DNA of 60,574 bases from Octopus bimaculoides (GCF_001194135.2 NC_068984.1:124488441-124549014), one strand, 5' to 3'; positions 37,090 through 50,040 are shown, counted from the first letter of the stretch. Numbers and translations: made by a program. The notes: generated by a model from the letters alone, not told the origin.

Positions 37090-38290
37090 GGAGGTCTGCA
37101 TTATCCACGTATTTACAATTTTTGAATCTTGGAAAAAATTTATCCAATGCTGTAATTTGTAGATAGGATTGTACCACAGAACATAACATGTGCTATATTT
37201 TTTGTTCGGTTTATCGTTGTTAATGTGCAATGTGGAAGTGTCACTATGTAATGGGTTTTATTTAAACCTTATATTTGGGTGTTCCTTATTCTCAGTTCCT
37301 AATTTAATTTTAGTGTTCTTATTTCTTATTCGTAGTTTATTCCGACCGTCTTCCTCGATTCTGTGTTTACAATTGTGTGTCCTTGTTTGGTGTTCGGTTC
37401 ACTTAGCACCATAACTATTAGAATTAACTATATTATCCTCGTACATATATCTGATTTTTCCCGTATATCCGGTCGTAGCCGATGTAGCATTTTAATACGG
37501 TACATTTGCGTTAAAAAACTGTTTCATTCGCTAAAAATCTTGATATTCCATGGGAAATGTTTTGACTAGTCATTTTGTTACAAAAGGTGGTTGTTGTGAC
37601 TGCACATTAATGTACCTCATATTCTCACTTGGCTTGTGCAAAATCTCAATTAATACTGTGTTGAAACTAAAAGTTTAGAAAAATTTACCTTACGGTAATT
37701 ATTTTCAATAGTAATAGATAAACCAAACTTTTTGAAAAATTTGGAAAAGTAGTTTTCTATTTCACTCCATTTCTACTTTCCTACATCGATTTTGTATGAA
37801 GAGAACGCGTCTCTATATAGACCACATCCCATACTAGGAAACCAAAATTGATTTTGGATAGGATGTATACTCCAACAAGATCTGTGACTTGTGTAGAGTC
37901 ACTAGATCCCATTGCTCTAGCGAAAAAATCTACCCTATCTGATCTATTCCAAAGTTACCCATCGAAATCTACTATAGTCCCTCGCGCGGCTTATATAATT
38001 TCTATCTTTGATCTAGATAAATCCAAATTCCATTTACCATAAATTACGTCCTTATTTAAAAGAATGGAATAAATAGTTGAGTAATAGCTAGCTATATCTA
38101 GTTGTGTAAATTTACTACTTTTATTTATCTCTAGTTCTTTAATGCACCAGATTGCCTCCTGCATGTCAGACCAAAGTGATAGGCTAATTTTAGACTTAAG
38201 AATTGGTATTACGTTATCGTTAATAGTTTTTCTAATCCTACCTATATCCAGTATGGATGGGCATATCAGTCTAACTTTGCGATTATATAT
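37090..38290 (-). mobile_element. Degenerate Penelope-like reverse transcriptase (possibly Naiad-like)
   Basis: With stops and frameshifts the minus strand reads KVRLICPSILDIGRI..KFTQLDIASYYSTI..AMGSSDSTQVTDLVGVYILSKI..GLYRDAF..FKKFGLSITIENN..VNF..KPSENMRYINVQSQQPP..GYTGKIRY..VLWYNP. This is collinear with the RLINP..DI..FYPSI..MG.YDGAEVCELVG..GLYRDD..Y.N..SNHPP..WFNPP pattern. Confidence 0.85.
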
Positions 38291-38405
38291 AAGTGTGTGT
38301 GTGTGTGAGAGAGAGAGAGAGGGGGGGAGATATAGAAAGGGAAGAAAGAGAGGGGAGAGGGAGGTAGAAAGAGATAGATATAAATAAGCAGATAGAGATA
38401 GATAC

Positions 38406-38484
<79 letters not shown>

Positions 38485-38781
38485 CACGCGCGCGCGCACA
38501 CACACTCTCTCTCACTCTCTCTCACACACACACACATATAAAGTAGTGAGGAAAGGCAAACAACATAGCAAGGTATGACAAGTAGCTTCCTCACTACTTT
38601 AACCTACTCCTACTGACTCAAAAGGAAGCCACCTTTATCCGTTTTGAACAAGACATTCACATAACCTCGAATTCAACTGCTGTTCAAATTGGAATTGTTG
38701 TGGCACACCTCTTTGAGCACTCAGAACGCATACTTATTAGTTTGAGTCATCCAGACGGAAACTCCTCATATCCTTTATACA

Positions 38782-39153
38782 TTGTTGGCGCTCCATCGGT
38801 TACGACGACGCGTGTTCCAGTTGATCCGATGAACGGAACAGCCTGCTCGTGAAATTAACGTGTAAGTGGCTGAGTACTCCACAGATACATGTACCCTTAA
38901 CGTAGTTCTCGGGAAGATTAAGCGTGACACAGAGTGTGACAAAGCCGGCCCTTTGAATTACAGGCGCAGCAGAAACAGGAAGTAAGAGTGAGAGAAAGTT
39001 GTGGTGAAAAAGTACAGCAGGGTTCGCTACAACTCCTCTACCGGAGCCACGTGGAACTTTAGGTGTTTTCGCTCAATAAACACTCACAATGCCCGGTCTG
39101 GGAATCGAAACCGCGAGTCCGCTGTCCTGGCCAATGGGCCTTTGCGCCTCCAC
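38782..39153 (-). mobile_element. SINE family A, near full length
   Basis: Collinear with 25343-25730; small deletion in the head. Confidence 0.92.
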
Positions 39154-39934
39154 AATTTATGCATACATACATATATACATACATACATGCATGCATGCAT
39201 GCATACATACAAACATACATACATACATACACACGTACATACATGCATACATACGCGTGTGTGTGTGTTTGTGTGTTTGCGTGTATAGTTCAACAAAAAC
39301 AGTTAGGTTTATCTGGGCTTGCGTTTTTATTATTCATCAAAAGAACAAACTCAAGTCAAGGTATTCACGGGTGATCCTACAAATCAATAAATAAATAGTA
39401 CAGGGTAGCGTCAATTATCATTGAAAAACTATTGCAAATTGCCAAGGACTGAAATTTAGTTGAAACTATTCCCCACATGGAAAATTGGGCTAATTCTTCT
39501 GGACGGATGATTTTTTTCACTCTAGCAACCTGAAGGAGGAAACCATCACATTGTTTTCATGCACTTGTAGTTGTTTTTCAAAGGACAAAGGAAGAGAAGA
39601 AAGAATAATAAGAAACAAAGAAAAACAAAACGCGCATTAGATCAAAAAAAGGCAATTTGTAAGTTAAACACACGTGCTGAATTAAGAGTTATCGGTGTCT
39701 GTGTGTGCGTGTTTTTGTGTGTGTGCGTGTGTGTACAGAGAGAATGTGGGGAGCAAGATTTCATGGTTCCGTAGTCGATATAATATGTTGTGCTCACTGG
39801 GTGCATTGATCCGTGAGACAAGCAGAACAGAAACAAACACCACTGCTTGAAGATTCGCCCAATTTGTCGAATCGGTGCGAAAACAATTTTCAAAAGCTAT
39901 TACACCGAATGAAATAATTATAATAATAAGAAGA

Positions 39935-40764
39935 AGAAAGAAAGAAAGAACATTCGTGATAATCGACATAGCATGCCCCGGTGATAACAGGATCCATGTG
40001 AAAGAAGTAGAATAAATAAACAACTATGACGATTTGAAGTGGGAAATACGAACGTTGTGGTCAATGAGGAGAGAAGACGTGATATCAATGGTAATTGGTG
40101 TACTTGGAAGTATCAGAACTCAACTACCGACATGGCTAAAAAAGATTGGTGCAAGTGTGAAGGTAGAACACCTAAAAAATCAGCATTGCTTGGAACTGCA
40201 AGAATTCTTGAAGTATGACTAGTAAACATGAACCACCTTAGTCTGCTGGTTGTGGACAGCTAACACTTTCCATCATACCAAGCAACATAAACTGTGAGTT
40301 GGGCTACAGCAAATATTCTGCTCAATATCACAGATTTGCTTGTCAGTTGTTTGACCTTAAACAGTTGAGCATGTCCCTTAGTGGCTGACGATAGGTGCAT
40401 CTCTGATCATGAGCAGAAGTAAAGTAGTGGGGGAGCATCATAGCCATGTGTTGAGACTAATTCTTTGGGGTTTGAATAATTCACCTTTGGAAACATGGGT
40501 GTTTTGCTCAACATCCTTAAACAAATCTTATTCAGGGACCTTTTGAGCGAGATGGGCTACTCGACCTGAAGAAAATTCTAACTGGGCCCCACCTGCAAGG
40601 TCATACGCTGTTTATCTTGACATGAGATCACCATGTCGTGCACATATGGTTATGATGCATATGCCTGGCGTACCCTTATCAGAGGGGTAGTCATGATGGG
40701 TATAATGGGCTTCGTATATTTGCACCCCAGTGTCACTTTGATGACATGCACTGCTCTCTCACTC

Positions 40765-40824
<60 letters not shown>

Positions 40825-40831
40825 TATAATA
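39935..40831 (+). mobile_element. 5'-truncated R4/Dong-like LINE: RLE C-terminus, 3' UTR and (AAT)n tail
   Basis: FVIIDIACPGDNRIHVKEVE*INNYDDLKWEIRTLW..ISMVIGVLGSI..WLKKIG..VEHL then SALLGTARIL after a frameshift; about 540 bp of 3' UTR; (AAT)n at 40764-40831; TAA/GAA repeats at the 5' junction. Confidence 0.82.
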
Positions 40832-40997
40832 ATCCTTTCTACTATAAAGTCCGAAATTTGTGGGAGAGTGTTAGTCGATTACAGTGACCTCAGTATTCAA
40901 CTGGTACTTATTTTATCGAACCTTAAAGGATGAAAAGTAAAGTCGACCTCGGCGGAATTTGAAATCAGAACGTGAACATAGACGAAATACGCGAAGC
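40832..40997 (-). mobile_element. SINE family B
   Basis: AACTGGTACTTATTTTATCGAACCTTAAAGGATGAAAAGTAAAGTCGACCTCGGCGGAATTTGAAATCAGAACGT. Confidence 0.85.
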
Positions 40998-41053
40998 GTA
41001 CATGTATGAGAATACATACATAAAACATACAAATCTGCTCATACATACATACA

Positions 41054-41084
<31 letters not shown>

Positions 41085-41667
41085 GTACGTACATACATAT
41101 AAGTATGTATGTATATAAATATATGTATGTATACCCACATATAAATATATACCGGGTGAGGCGACCCAAAAAGTCCATGGGCTCTGTGCCACTACCTTTT
41201 AACTACTTATATTCGAGCATAAAATAAACGGTTGTGTTATGGCTTCTATTGATATTACTTTGGTTAAACGTAACCTCCTCGGTTGAACTTGACTAAGAAA
41301 TAACAAGAGAGGATCGGTCGGTGATGAACACAACGTTTCACAAGTATAAACCCACCCACCCAGTAAATGGGTTGGTAGGTCTATATTTATATACGTATGT
41401 GCCGATGGAAGAAAGGGAGAGTGATGGGATGTCCTACTGGGTGTTTTGGGATGTTTTCTGCATCAATGAGTACTATTGACCTAAACGCTAGAATCCATCG
41501 GCCATTACATTGTGTCTATTTAAAAGGTATCTAAGAGCATTTAGTTGTTTGTCTAAATATGTGTGTATATGTATATATGAATCTATGTGTGCATGTATGT
41601 ATGTATTTTCATGTACGTACACATTTGTGTATGTGTATATATATTTGTATATATATTTGTGTATATC

Positions 41668-41703
<36 letters not shown>

Positions 41704-41767
41704 AATATATATACACATACAAATGTGTATGTATATGAACATACATACATACATGCACGCATACATT

Positions 41768-41809
<42 letters not shown>

Positions 41810-41812
41810 CAC

Positions 41813-41855
<43 letters not shown>

Positions 41856-41865
41856 CATATACATA

Positions 41866-42410
41866 CAGGGTTATTCAAGAAGAAAGAGATTTCAAATTTA
41901 TTTTAAAAGCAAAAGCTAAGAGACAAAAACACATTCTACATATTTCTTGATAGGGGATGGTTTAAAGCTTATAGCTGAACATGATCAATTGAATTAAGCC
42001 TTAAAATAAAATAATACTTTAATTTTGTTTTAATGTTTCATTTTGTTCATTTTATTTAAAGTTGTATAATTTTCATTTGTTGTAATCCCTCAGAAAATGG
42101 CGACGCCACAAGAAAAGTCTTTTTGTGTGCTGCAGTTTGAGAAATGTGAATCAATTGTATAAGTGCAACGTGAATTTCGCCACCAATTCAATAAAAATCC
42201 ACCTCATCACAAGCAAATTTACGAATGGCATAAAAATTTCTTAGAAAAGGTTGCATTTGTAAAGGCAAAAGCTCATGTTGAGTGTATACTACCTTAAAAT
42301 AAACTTTAAACCTTCCCCTATCAAGAAATATGTAGAATGTGTTTGTGTCTCTTACACCGTTTGTTTTTAAAATAAATTTAAAATCTGGTCTTTCTTTTTT
42401 AATAACCCTG
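41866..42410 (+). mobile_element. Tc1/mariner-type non-autonomous element with ~105-bp TIRs and an N-terminal HTH remnant
   Basis: TA-CAGGGTTATT..GATAGGGGA arms are inverted at both ends. MATPQEKSFCVLQFEKCESIV*VQREFRHQFNKNPPHHKQIYEWHKNF from 42097 resembles DUF4817-type transposase N-termini. Confidence 0.88.
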
Positions 42411-42444
42411 CATACACATCTGCGCACATATGTACCCAACATAT

Positions 42445-42680
42445 AAGGCGGTGAGCTGGCAGAAACGTTAGCACGCCGGGCGAAATGCTCAGCGGTATTT
42501 CGTCTACCGTTACGTTCTGAGTTCAATTCCGCCGGGGTCGACTTTGCCTTTCATCCTTTCGAGGCCGATAAATTAAGTACCAGATACACAGTGGGGTCGA
42601 TGTAATCGACTTAATTCCTTTGTCTGTCCTTGTTTGTCCCCTCTATGTTTAGCCTCTTGTGGGCAATACAGAAATAAGAA
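42445..42680 (+). mobile_element. SINE family B, full length
   Basis: AAGGCGGTGAGCTGGCAGAAACGTTAGCACGCCGGGCGAAATG..GTTCTGAGTTCAATTCCGCC (B-box-like)..GTCGACTTTGCCTTTCATCC; tail GGGCAATACAGAAATAAG. Confidence 0.9.
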
Positions 42681-42764
42681 TATGTACCCAACACATGATT
42701 CTGTATCTATATATGTATCTGTGTGTATTTATATATGTAAATATGTTCGTGTGTTTGTTTGTAG

Positions 42765-42806
<42 letters not shown>

Positions 42807-43559
42807 ATATGTTATATATATACTGTAGTTAATTTAATCGACCAAAACCGACAAGATGGTAATTCCAGCAGGGCCGCAAGGAAAATAATGAATGCATTTA
42901 GATTACATAATACCTAATTTGGGTTAAAAACTAATACGAACAAAACAAATGAAACTATTTTCTATCTTCAAGGTAGCCAAAAACTACAAAAGAGGAGCTG
43001 TAATAACAGAGCGGGCATGAAGCAAATGGAGAAACACGAGAAATCTTGAAGAAGCTAATATTCTAAGCTAAAATTGTGGCTACAGAACGCTGTGATAAGT
43101 CGATATCAAGAAAGTTTTTGCATAGCCAATACTTGGAGAACAGGATGGAAATCAATAAAGAAAAAAAGTCCTATGATTAAAGCAGAGATTGATGGATTAT
43201 AGTAGAAGAGACTTTCGCCTTAATCAGAACTAAAAATTAAAAAAAAAAAGAAAAAAAAACCCGAGCTAGCAGAATCGTTACAGTATCGGAGAAAATGTAC
43301 TTTATGATATTTTTTCTGGCTCATCACGTTCTGAGTTCATATCCTGCCGAGATAACTTTAGCCATTCATAATTTCGTCATTTATAAAATAATGTATCTGT
43401 CAAGAACTAGGGAGTTGGTCTCGATTAACCACCTTCCTTCAAAATTCCTAGCCTTCTCTGTAAATTAAGAGCCATTTAATTTTAATTTTTTTTAATGATT
43501 TACTATAAAATCTAATACTTATTGTTATATTCTGAACATTTGTCTCTACCATTATTGCC

Positions 43560-44060
43560 ACTAGACATCATAATGCCTCTATACGTTATCTCCATAACAC
43601 AAAATATTAGTAGATGTCATTACAACCGCATATTTTACCATTTCTGAAACTCAACTGCAAAGCTTTTCCAGACTGTTCCAATCATCCAGAAACCTGGTTC
43701 CGAGCAATTAAACTATAAGTAGCACCTACCGAGTTCGCAATGTCCCTTCTTGTCAGTAACAGTAAAGAACATCAAATACAACTACTATTACACTAAACAA
43801 ATAAACATACCACACACATGCAGAAAACAAACAGGCTTAGATTCTCGTAACACACCTCTTTACATCTACTGAAAACTTAAAAGGCGTTTTCAAGAAACTA
43901 AACCGATTAATGAGCACACAAGCAATCACCCCCACATTTAGCTAACACAAACAAGCAATATTAAGTATATAAACAATATATTCGATCTATTGTGGATTAT
44001 TTCAGCTTCGCCAGAATTTCAGAACAAACTACAAAGAACATAAAGCAGTGTAGTTCGCAT
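43560..44060 (+). mobile_element. Possible highly decayed Penelope-like remnant
   Basis: Scattered peptides HHNASIRYLHN, ENLKGVFKKLN and QNFRTNYKEHK in the expected RT-thumb to GIY-YIG order; many stops. Confidence 0.35.
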
Positions 44061-44227
44061 TATCACATATTACACACATAGACCACCTACATAACTAAAA
44101 CACAATTATTTAAAATGGCGTAGAAGACCACCTAGATATGTGTAAAAGACAAAGTTTGTTGCAGTTGTCATAACCACTCCTCATAATTCCTACCGCTACA
44201 TACTCAACGAATTCCAAACTTGCAAAT

Positions 44228-44665
44228 ATATAGGCACAGGCATGACGTTGTGGTTATGAAGTTTGTTTCCCAACTACATGGTTCAGGGTTAAGTCACCAC
44301 TGCCACCTTGGGGAAGTTTCCTCCACTATTCTCCTCCCCCGGCTCGACCAACACCTTCTGAGTGAACTTAGTAGATGGAAAGTGCGTGGAAACACTTGGT
44401 TTGTAAATATATNNNNNNNNNNNNNNNNNNNNNNNNNNNNNNNNNNNNNNNNNNNNNNNNNNNNNNNNNNNNNNNNNNNNNNNNNTATATATATTCTTTT
44501 TATTCTTTTTATTCTTTTTATTCTTTTACTTGTTTCAGTCATTTGACTGCGGCCATGCTGGAGCACCGCCTTTTAGTCGAGCAAATTAACCCCAGGAATT
44601 ATTCTTTGTAAGCCTAGTACTTATTCTATCGGTCTCTTTTGCCGAATCGCCAGGTTCGGCAAAAG
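44228..44665. mobile_element. SINE D head (plus, degenerate) and SINE D tail (minus) across a gap
   Basis: GGCACAGGCATGACGTTGTGGTTATGAAG.. head, then (TTCTTTTTA)n tail and TTGTTTCAGTCATTTGACTGCGGCCATGCTGGAGCACCGCC. Confidence 0.82.
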
Positions 44666-44742
44666 TGACCGATAGAATGAGTGAAATGTCTTTAATTATA
44701 GATCTGATCGATCAGGGCTCTCACAAGGAGCTAAACAACATC

Positions 44743-44776
44743 TACTATTACTACTACTACTACAACAACAACAACA

Positions 44777-44825
<49 letters not shown>

Positions 44826-44839
44826 TCACCACCACCACC

Positions 44840-44912
<73 letters not shown>
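44743..44912. repeat. Compound (TAC)/(AAC)/(CAC)/(TGC) tract
   Basis: Direct reading. Confidence 0.97.
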
Positions 44913-44913
<1 letters not shown>

Positions 44914-45572
44914 CAACCATTGCAGGCAGGGTCATGTACGCAATCACTATTTGTTGTGGAAATAGCAGTCAAAAAAAAAAGGACATACTCGATAACGCAA
45001 TTGTTAAAAGAAAATAAGATCAGGGTTGATCTACTACTGACAAAAAGATCTGCTTGATTCTGGGCATTTGGATAATATAGATCCACTTGATCTGACCTGG
45101 GGACTTACCGCCACCCCACCTAGGGACTAACCGCTCCACCCACCATTACCACCGCCACCATCAACGCCATCACCCATCACTACTACCACCGCCACCACTA
45201 CTGCTTAGCAGCGACGAACAGCAGCAATCTTCAAGCCGCGAACGTCCTTAAAGAGTCCATCCAACCATCTACGACTGCCCTAACAACAGCTCTATAATAA
45301 TAAAATGTTATTGTATGTTATCTGTGGCTAGTCGTGGTTGGAGACGGGGTCGGTGGAGAGACGGTGGAAGAAGAGAGCAAAGTGAAGAGGTGAAGGGATA
45401 GGGGTTACGCACACACACTTATACATCTGTATGTCCGTTTGTTTGCATGTATGTGTCTATAACTTGTTGAACTGTTTCAGTGTGAAGTAAAGATGGCGTG
45501 ACAGAGAGGTTAGACTTTCTTACACATTCCTGTCCTTAATTCTTTACTTTTTTTACTTTATACTTTTATATA

Positions 45573-45613
<41 letters not shown>

Positions 45614-45623
45614 NNNNNNNNNN

Positions 45624-45654
<31 letters not shown>

Positions 45655-45857
45655 TGTGTGTGTGTGCGTGCGGTTATGTATGTGTCTAAAACACATGTCA
45701 CATACAAACATATACATACACAATTGCTAATCCGTTACGTTCCGACTTCGTCAAGTTTGCAGTTTATTTTCTGCCTCTCTCTCTTCAATGTCGTTAATGA
45801 CCTTACGACCCACTGTCTTTTTTATTGTTGTTGTTCTTGTTGTTGTTGTTGTTCTTG

Positions 45858-45889
<32 letters not shown>

Positions 45890-46204
45890 GGCCGCGTTGT
45901 TGATGTTATTCTGTTGATATTCCTTCTGTTGTGCTTTTTATTATTGTCACTGTTGTTGATCACCATGGAAGAGGATGTCACAACAGTTAAACGACCGAAC
46001 TGAATGACTTGTGGTATTTAGATATCGTGAACCTTTTTTGTGGCCAAACTGGAGCACCGCCTTGAAGGATTTTTAGTGGAACAAATTGACCTCAGGGCTT
46101 CTTTTAAAGCCTAGTATCTATTCTACTGATCTCTTTTGTCAAACTACTACGTGGTGGAGACATGAACACACCAACACCGGTTGTCAAGCGGTGATGGGAT
46201 ACAC

Positions 46205-46241
<37 letters not shown>

Positions 46242-46508
46242 CGTTATTTTTTTCTTCTTGTTTTGCCTATGTGAGTTACAGGTAATGCTATATGTTGGAG
46301 TTTCAGCATTTTAGCTGCTATTTCTGAACTTCGGTATGTGGTGAATCAACTGTTGTTGATCCCTTAATTTTGTTTATAAATGTATAATAACTTTTAAATA
46401 AGTTCCTCACCGATAATGGTGCTTACATACCGAAGGGCTTGGTAAAAATTATTAATTATTAATTTATTAATAAATTAATAAATTGATAATCCTTTACCCT
46501 TTTAATTG

Positions 46509-46551
<43 letters not shown>

Positions 46552-46659
46552 ATAGGTTAGATATGTTTTGACCAAAGATTGGTCCAGGCCATGCCTAACT
46601 TAATAGCACTCCCTGATAAGATTAGCTAAATCCTTTTTAAGTCAAGTTTTGTGGTATCA

Positions 46660-46870
46660 TGGTCTATTCGAGCAGGGAGTTCTTGTTTAGTGAGTTGTAT
46701 CCGGGCATAAGTGACTGATCTGGTATTCCTTGAACAAATTTGTCCAGATTCTGTTTAAAGGTGAATGGGATCCTTTTTCCGCTTTGATCTTTTTCAGGAC
46801 AATGTTAAATAGAGCAAGGCCTGTTGAGGAAAAGAAATTGTGCGTACTTTTTTCGTTATCTCACCCCATT
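46660..46870 (-). mobile_element. CR1/L2-type LINE ORF2 C-terminal remnant
   Basis: HNFFSSTGLALFNIV..FKQNLDKFVQGIPDQSLMPGYNSLNKNSLLE* resembles the ..G..LFN.L..FK..LDKFL..IPDQP..PGY..NSL LINE C-terminus. Confidence 0.6.
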
Positions 46871-47353
46871 AAAAAATTGCCATTCAAATATTGGGTTATC
46901 TCCCCATTAAAAAGTTGAGTTTATGTGGCGACAAGAGATTAGATTAAAAGGGTTAGATCCTTTTGAGTCAATACTTCAACACATTATAGACATGGCCTTC
47001 TCAATGGTATGATTTGTTATAAAAATGTTATTAGATTCAATAAGATGTTTAATATTTGCAGTTTTCATGTTTATTAATTTTTTTCCAGTTTTATATGATT
47101 TGTTATAAAAATATCAGATTCAATAAAAGATCTTTTCACTTTTCATGTTTATTAATTTTTCATTTTTTTTTTTGTTTTGTTGAGGGTTAAACAATTTTTT
47201 AGTTGGGAGAGATAACCCAACTTTTTAATAATTAATTTTATTATTGTTATTATTACTAAAATTACTAGCCATGTGCCAACATTTGCAACCATTATTATTC
47301 GAGAGAAGTGAATAGCGGAACTGGCAGAGAAGAAAACAAAACGTTTTGCGGTA

Positions 47354-47380
47354 GTTAACCCCTTAGCATTTAAACCTCTC
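47354..47380 (+). mobile_element. piggyBac-like MITE terminus (fragment)
   Basis: TTAA-CCCCTTAGCATTTAAACC; the other end was not found. Confidence 0.4.
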
Positions 47381-48371
47381 ATATCCGTGTCATTTATCAA
47401 GCCACCAGGTTTTACCCTCTCAAGTGTATGGGGGGTCTCTTCACTACAATAAATGACGTTCGTTCACCGAAATGTTCGTAACATTGATTTCAGTTCTCTT
47501 TTCTTGAATTAAAATCGTTTGTTATTTATTGTGTGAGGATTCTAACGTACCAATTTGATATACATGCCTTAGTTTACTCCTTTAATAATTGACGGATGTA
47601 TAACTAGCCATCCTTTAGTTAATCAAAAACTGTAACTTTTAATATTGCTATCCAATTACTATCCAAGCGCATGCAGGTTCCAGGATTCCGGCATGATGTG
47701 GTGCAGAGTTGACTGCCTGGATTTTAACTGTTCCTTCTGTATATGTGTGTGTATATATGTGCGCGTGCGTGCATGTGCGTGCGCGTGTACTTGCAACTAA
47801 CAAAACATTTCATCTCGGAGCCAACCAACAAAGCTTGTACAATCATTGAATGATGTTCACTAGTAGCGAGTATGTGTTCATGTTGCGTGTGTGCGCGGAT
47901 ATATATCCGTGTATGCATACGCATGTAAACACATGCTCGCACAAATACATATATGTATATATACATACATGTATACATATATACTCACATACAAACGTAC
48001 ATACGTACACACACATCTTGCCTCTAATTCACTGTGCTACACTGCTCTCATATTACACCACCTTCTTCAGTCTGTTTTCTCACTAATCAAAAACCCACTT
48101 CTTTTCTCCCACTGTCACCTTATCCACCACCTCAACCACCACCACCACATCATTATCTCAGCTAATATAATAACAGCGACCATAGTGTCCAGCCAGTCTT
48201 GCCTAATTTAGCAAAGAGGCGAACGGGCAAACCGTTTTTGGAGAATTCAGCTTGTGTCATTTGATAGTGTTTGATTTTTCTGGTTTTTTGTCTTAAAAGA
48301 TTCTGGAGAAAATGGAGGAGAAAACCGAAAATAAACAGAACTAGTTCGGTAATTTGAACATCAAACGTAAA

Positions 48372-49090
48372 TATTGGTTTCAAATTTTAGCACAAGACCA
48401 GCAATTTCGTGGGAAGGGTTAAGTCGTTTACATCCCCAAAAGGATGAAAAGCAAAGAGAATCTCGCCGGAATTTGAACTCAGAACGTAAAGACGGACGAA
48501 ATGCCGCTAAACTTTTTCCCCGATGTGCTAACGATGTTGCCAGCTCACCGCTTTAGCATCAACTTGAATATTAGTCTCAAATTTTAGCATAAGGCCAGCA
48601 ATTGCGGGGGACAGGGAAAATCGATTACATCGACTCCAGTGTTCAACTGGTATTTATTNNNNNNNNNNNNNNNNNNNNNNNNNNNNNNNNNNNNNNNNNN
48701 NNNNNNNNNNNNNNNNNNNNNNNNNNNNNNNNNNNNNNNNNNNNNNNNNNNNNNNNNNNNNNNNNNNNNNNNNNNNNNNNNNNNNNNNNNNNNNNNNNNN
48801 NNNNNNNNNNNNNNNNNNNNNNNNNNNNNNNNNNNNNNTTCTGGAGAAAATGGAGGAGAAAACCGAAAATAAACAGAACTAGTTCGGTAATTTGAACATC
48901 AAACGTAAATATTGGTTTCAAATTTTAGCACAAGACCAGCAATTTCGTGGGAAGGGTTAAGTCGTTTACATCCCCAAAAGGATGAAAAGCAAAGAGAATC
49001 TCGCCGGAATTTGAACTCAGAACGTAAAGTCGGAAGAAGTATCACGTAGCAATTTTTCGGGCGCGGTAACGACTCTGCCAGCACACCACC
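48372..49090 (-). mobile_element. Cluster of SINE B copies with a 191-bp exact duplication across the gap
   Basis: 48301-48491 is identical to 48839-49029; SINE B core and head motifs. Confidence 0.8.
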
Positions 49091-49359
49091 CTACATCAGC
49101 TTTAATATTACTATTAAAATTTACCATACTTAAATACAACTACCACCGCTATGCCACCACTACCACCAAAATCACCACTATCACGTGGTCGTCGTTGTCA
49201 TCCTCTCGTCGTCATTGTCATCACCATCATCACCATCATCCTCATGAGCAAAACCGCCACCGTCAGTGAAATCAACATCACCACTGTCACCGTCTATATC
49301 GTCTCAAACAACTGCAGCGCCCTATAACTCTACTAGAACAGTTTCGTAAGATCAACAAG

Positions 49360-49427
<68 letters not shown>

Positions 49428-49680
49428 AAAGGCAGCAGCGTGGGCGAACACACAAACACAGTGAGGTACAAGAACGGTACAAAAAGTCGGGTTCAAGGGC
49501 AGCAGCAGCGGCAACACGATAGGGAACGGGGCTGAGGGAAGGGTCATAGTGCTACAAAGAACAATAACACACACACGAACACACACATACACAAACACAG
49601 ACGTATGCGTATATGAGGATAAGCATCATAGAAGAACAGATTGGAATAAACAGAGCAAGAGCACACACGAAGACGGAAAG

Positions 49681-49725
49681 TGTCGCTGAAGAGGTCACAG
49701 ATGTGTGCCGAAAGATTTCTGGAGT
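49681..49725 (+). ncRNA. Hammerhead-like motif, degenerate
   Basis: CTGAAGA-GGTCACA-GATG-TGTG(-)CC-GAAA-GATTTC; the 18100 paralog retains TGTGAC, so the combined consensus has a 7-bp stem II. Confidence 0.35.
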
Positions 49726-49889
49726 CGGGCAACCTTTTTTGTGGAGGTGGGCAGCCCAGCTTGGAGGAGATGAGGCAGCAGCCCTGCTTAGGGGAGGTAA
49801 CCAGCCCTGATTGGTGGAGGTAGGCAGTTTTGTTTGGTGGCTGTGAGCAGCCCTACTTAGGGTAGGACTATAGAAGGAGCAGATGAGCC

Positions 49890-50040
49890 CCTGATAGTCC
49901 TCCAGCAACTCCTGATACTTTACGCACTTCCTCATTTGCACCTTCTTCCGCCCACTCTCTTCTGCACAGTTTAACTCAAATGAGGGAAGGCATTTACACT
50001 TTAACATTATCAAATCTGTGGCTCCAAAATGTGTCTTCCG
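49890..50040 (-). mobile_element. Second RLE-type (HERO-like) endonuclease remnant
   Basis: TDLIMLK..SFELNCAEES..MRKCVKYQELLEDYQG resembles PD.V..ELTVPWEE..ERK..KYQEL.ED. Confidence 0.45.

Noticed and set aside
38586-38825. ~80-codon stop-free plus frame (KEATFIRFEQDIH..)
   Set aside because: No start codon, poor splice signals, runs into a SINE and has no recognisable motif.
46445-46490. AT-only palindromes
   Set aside because: Expected by chance in low-complexity AT DNA.
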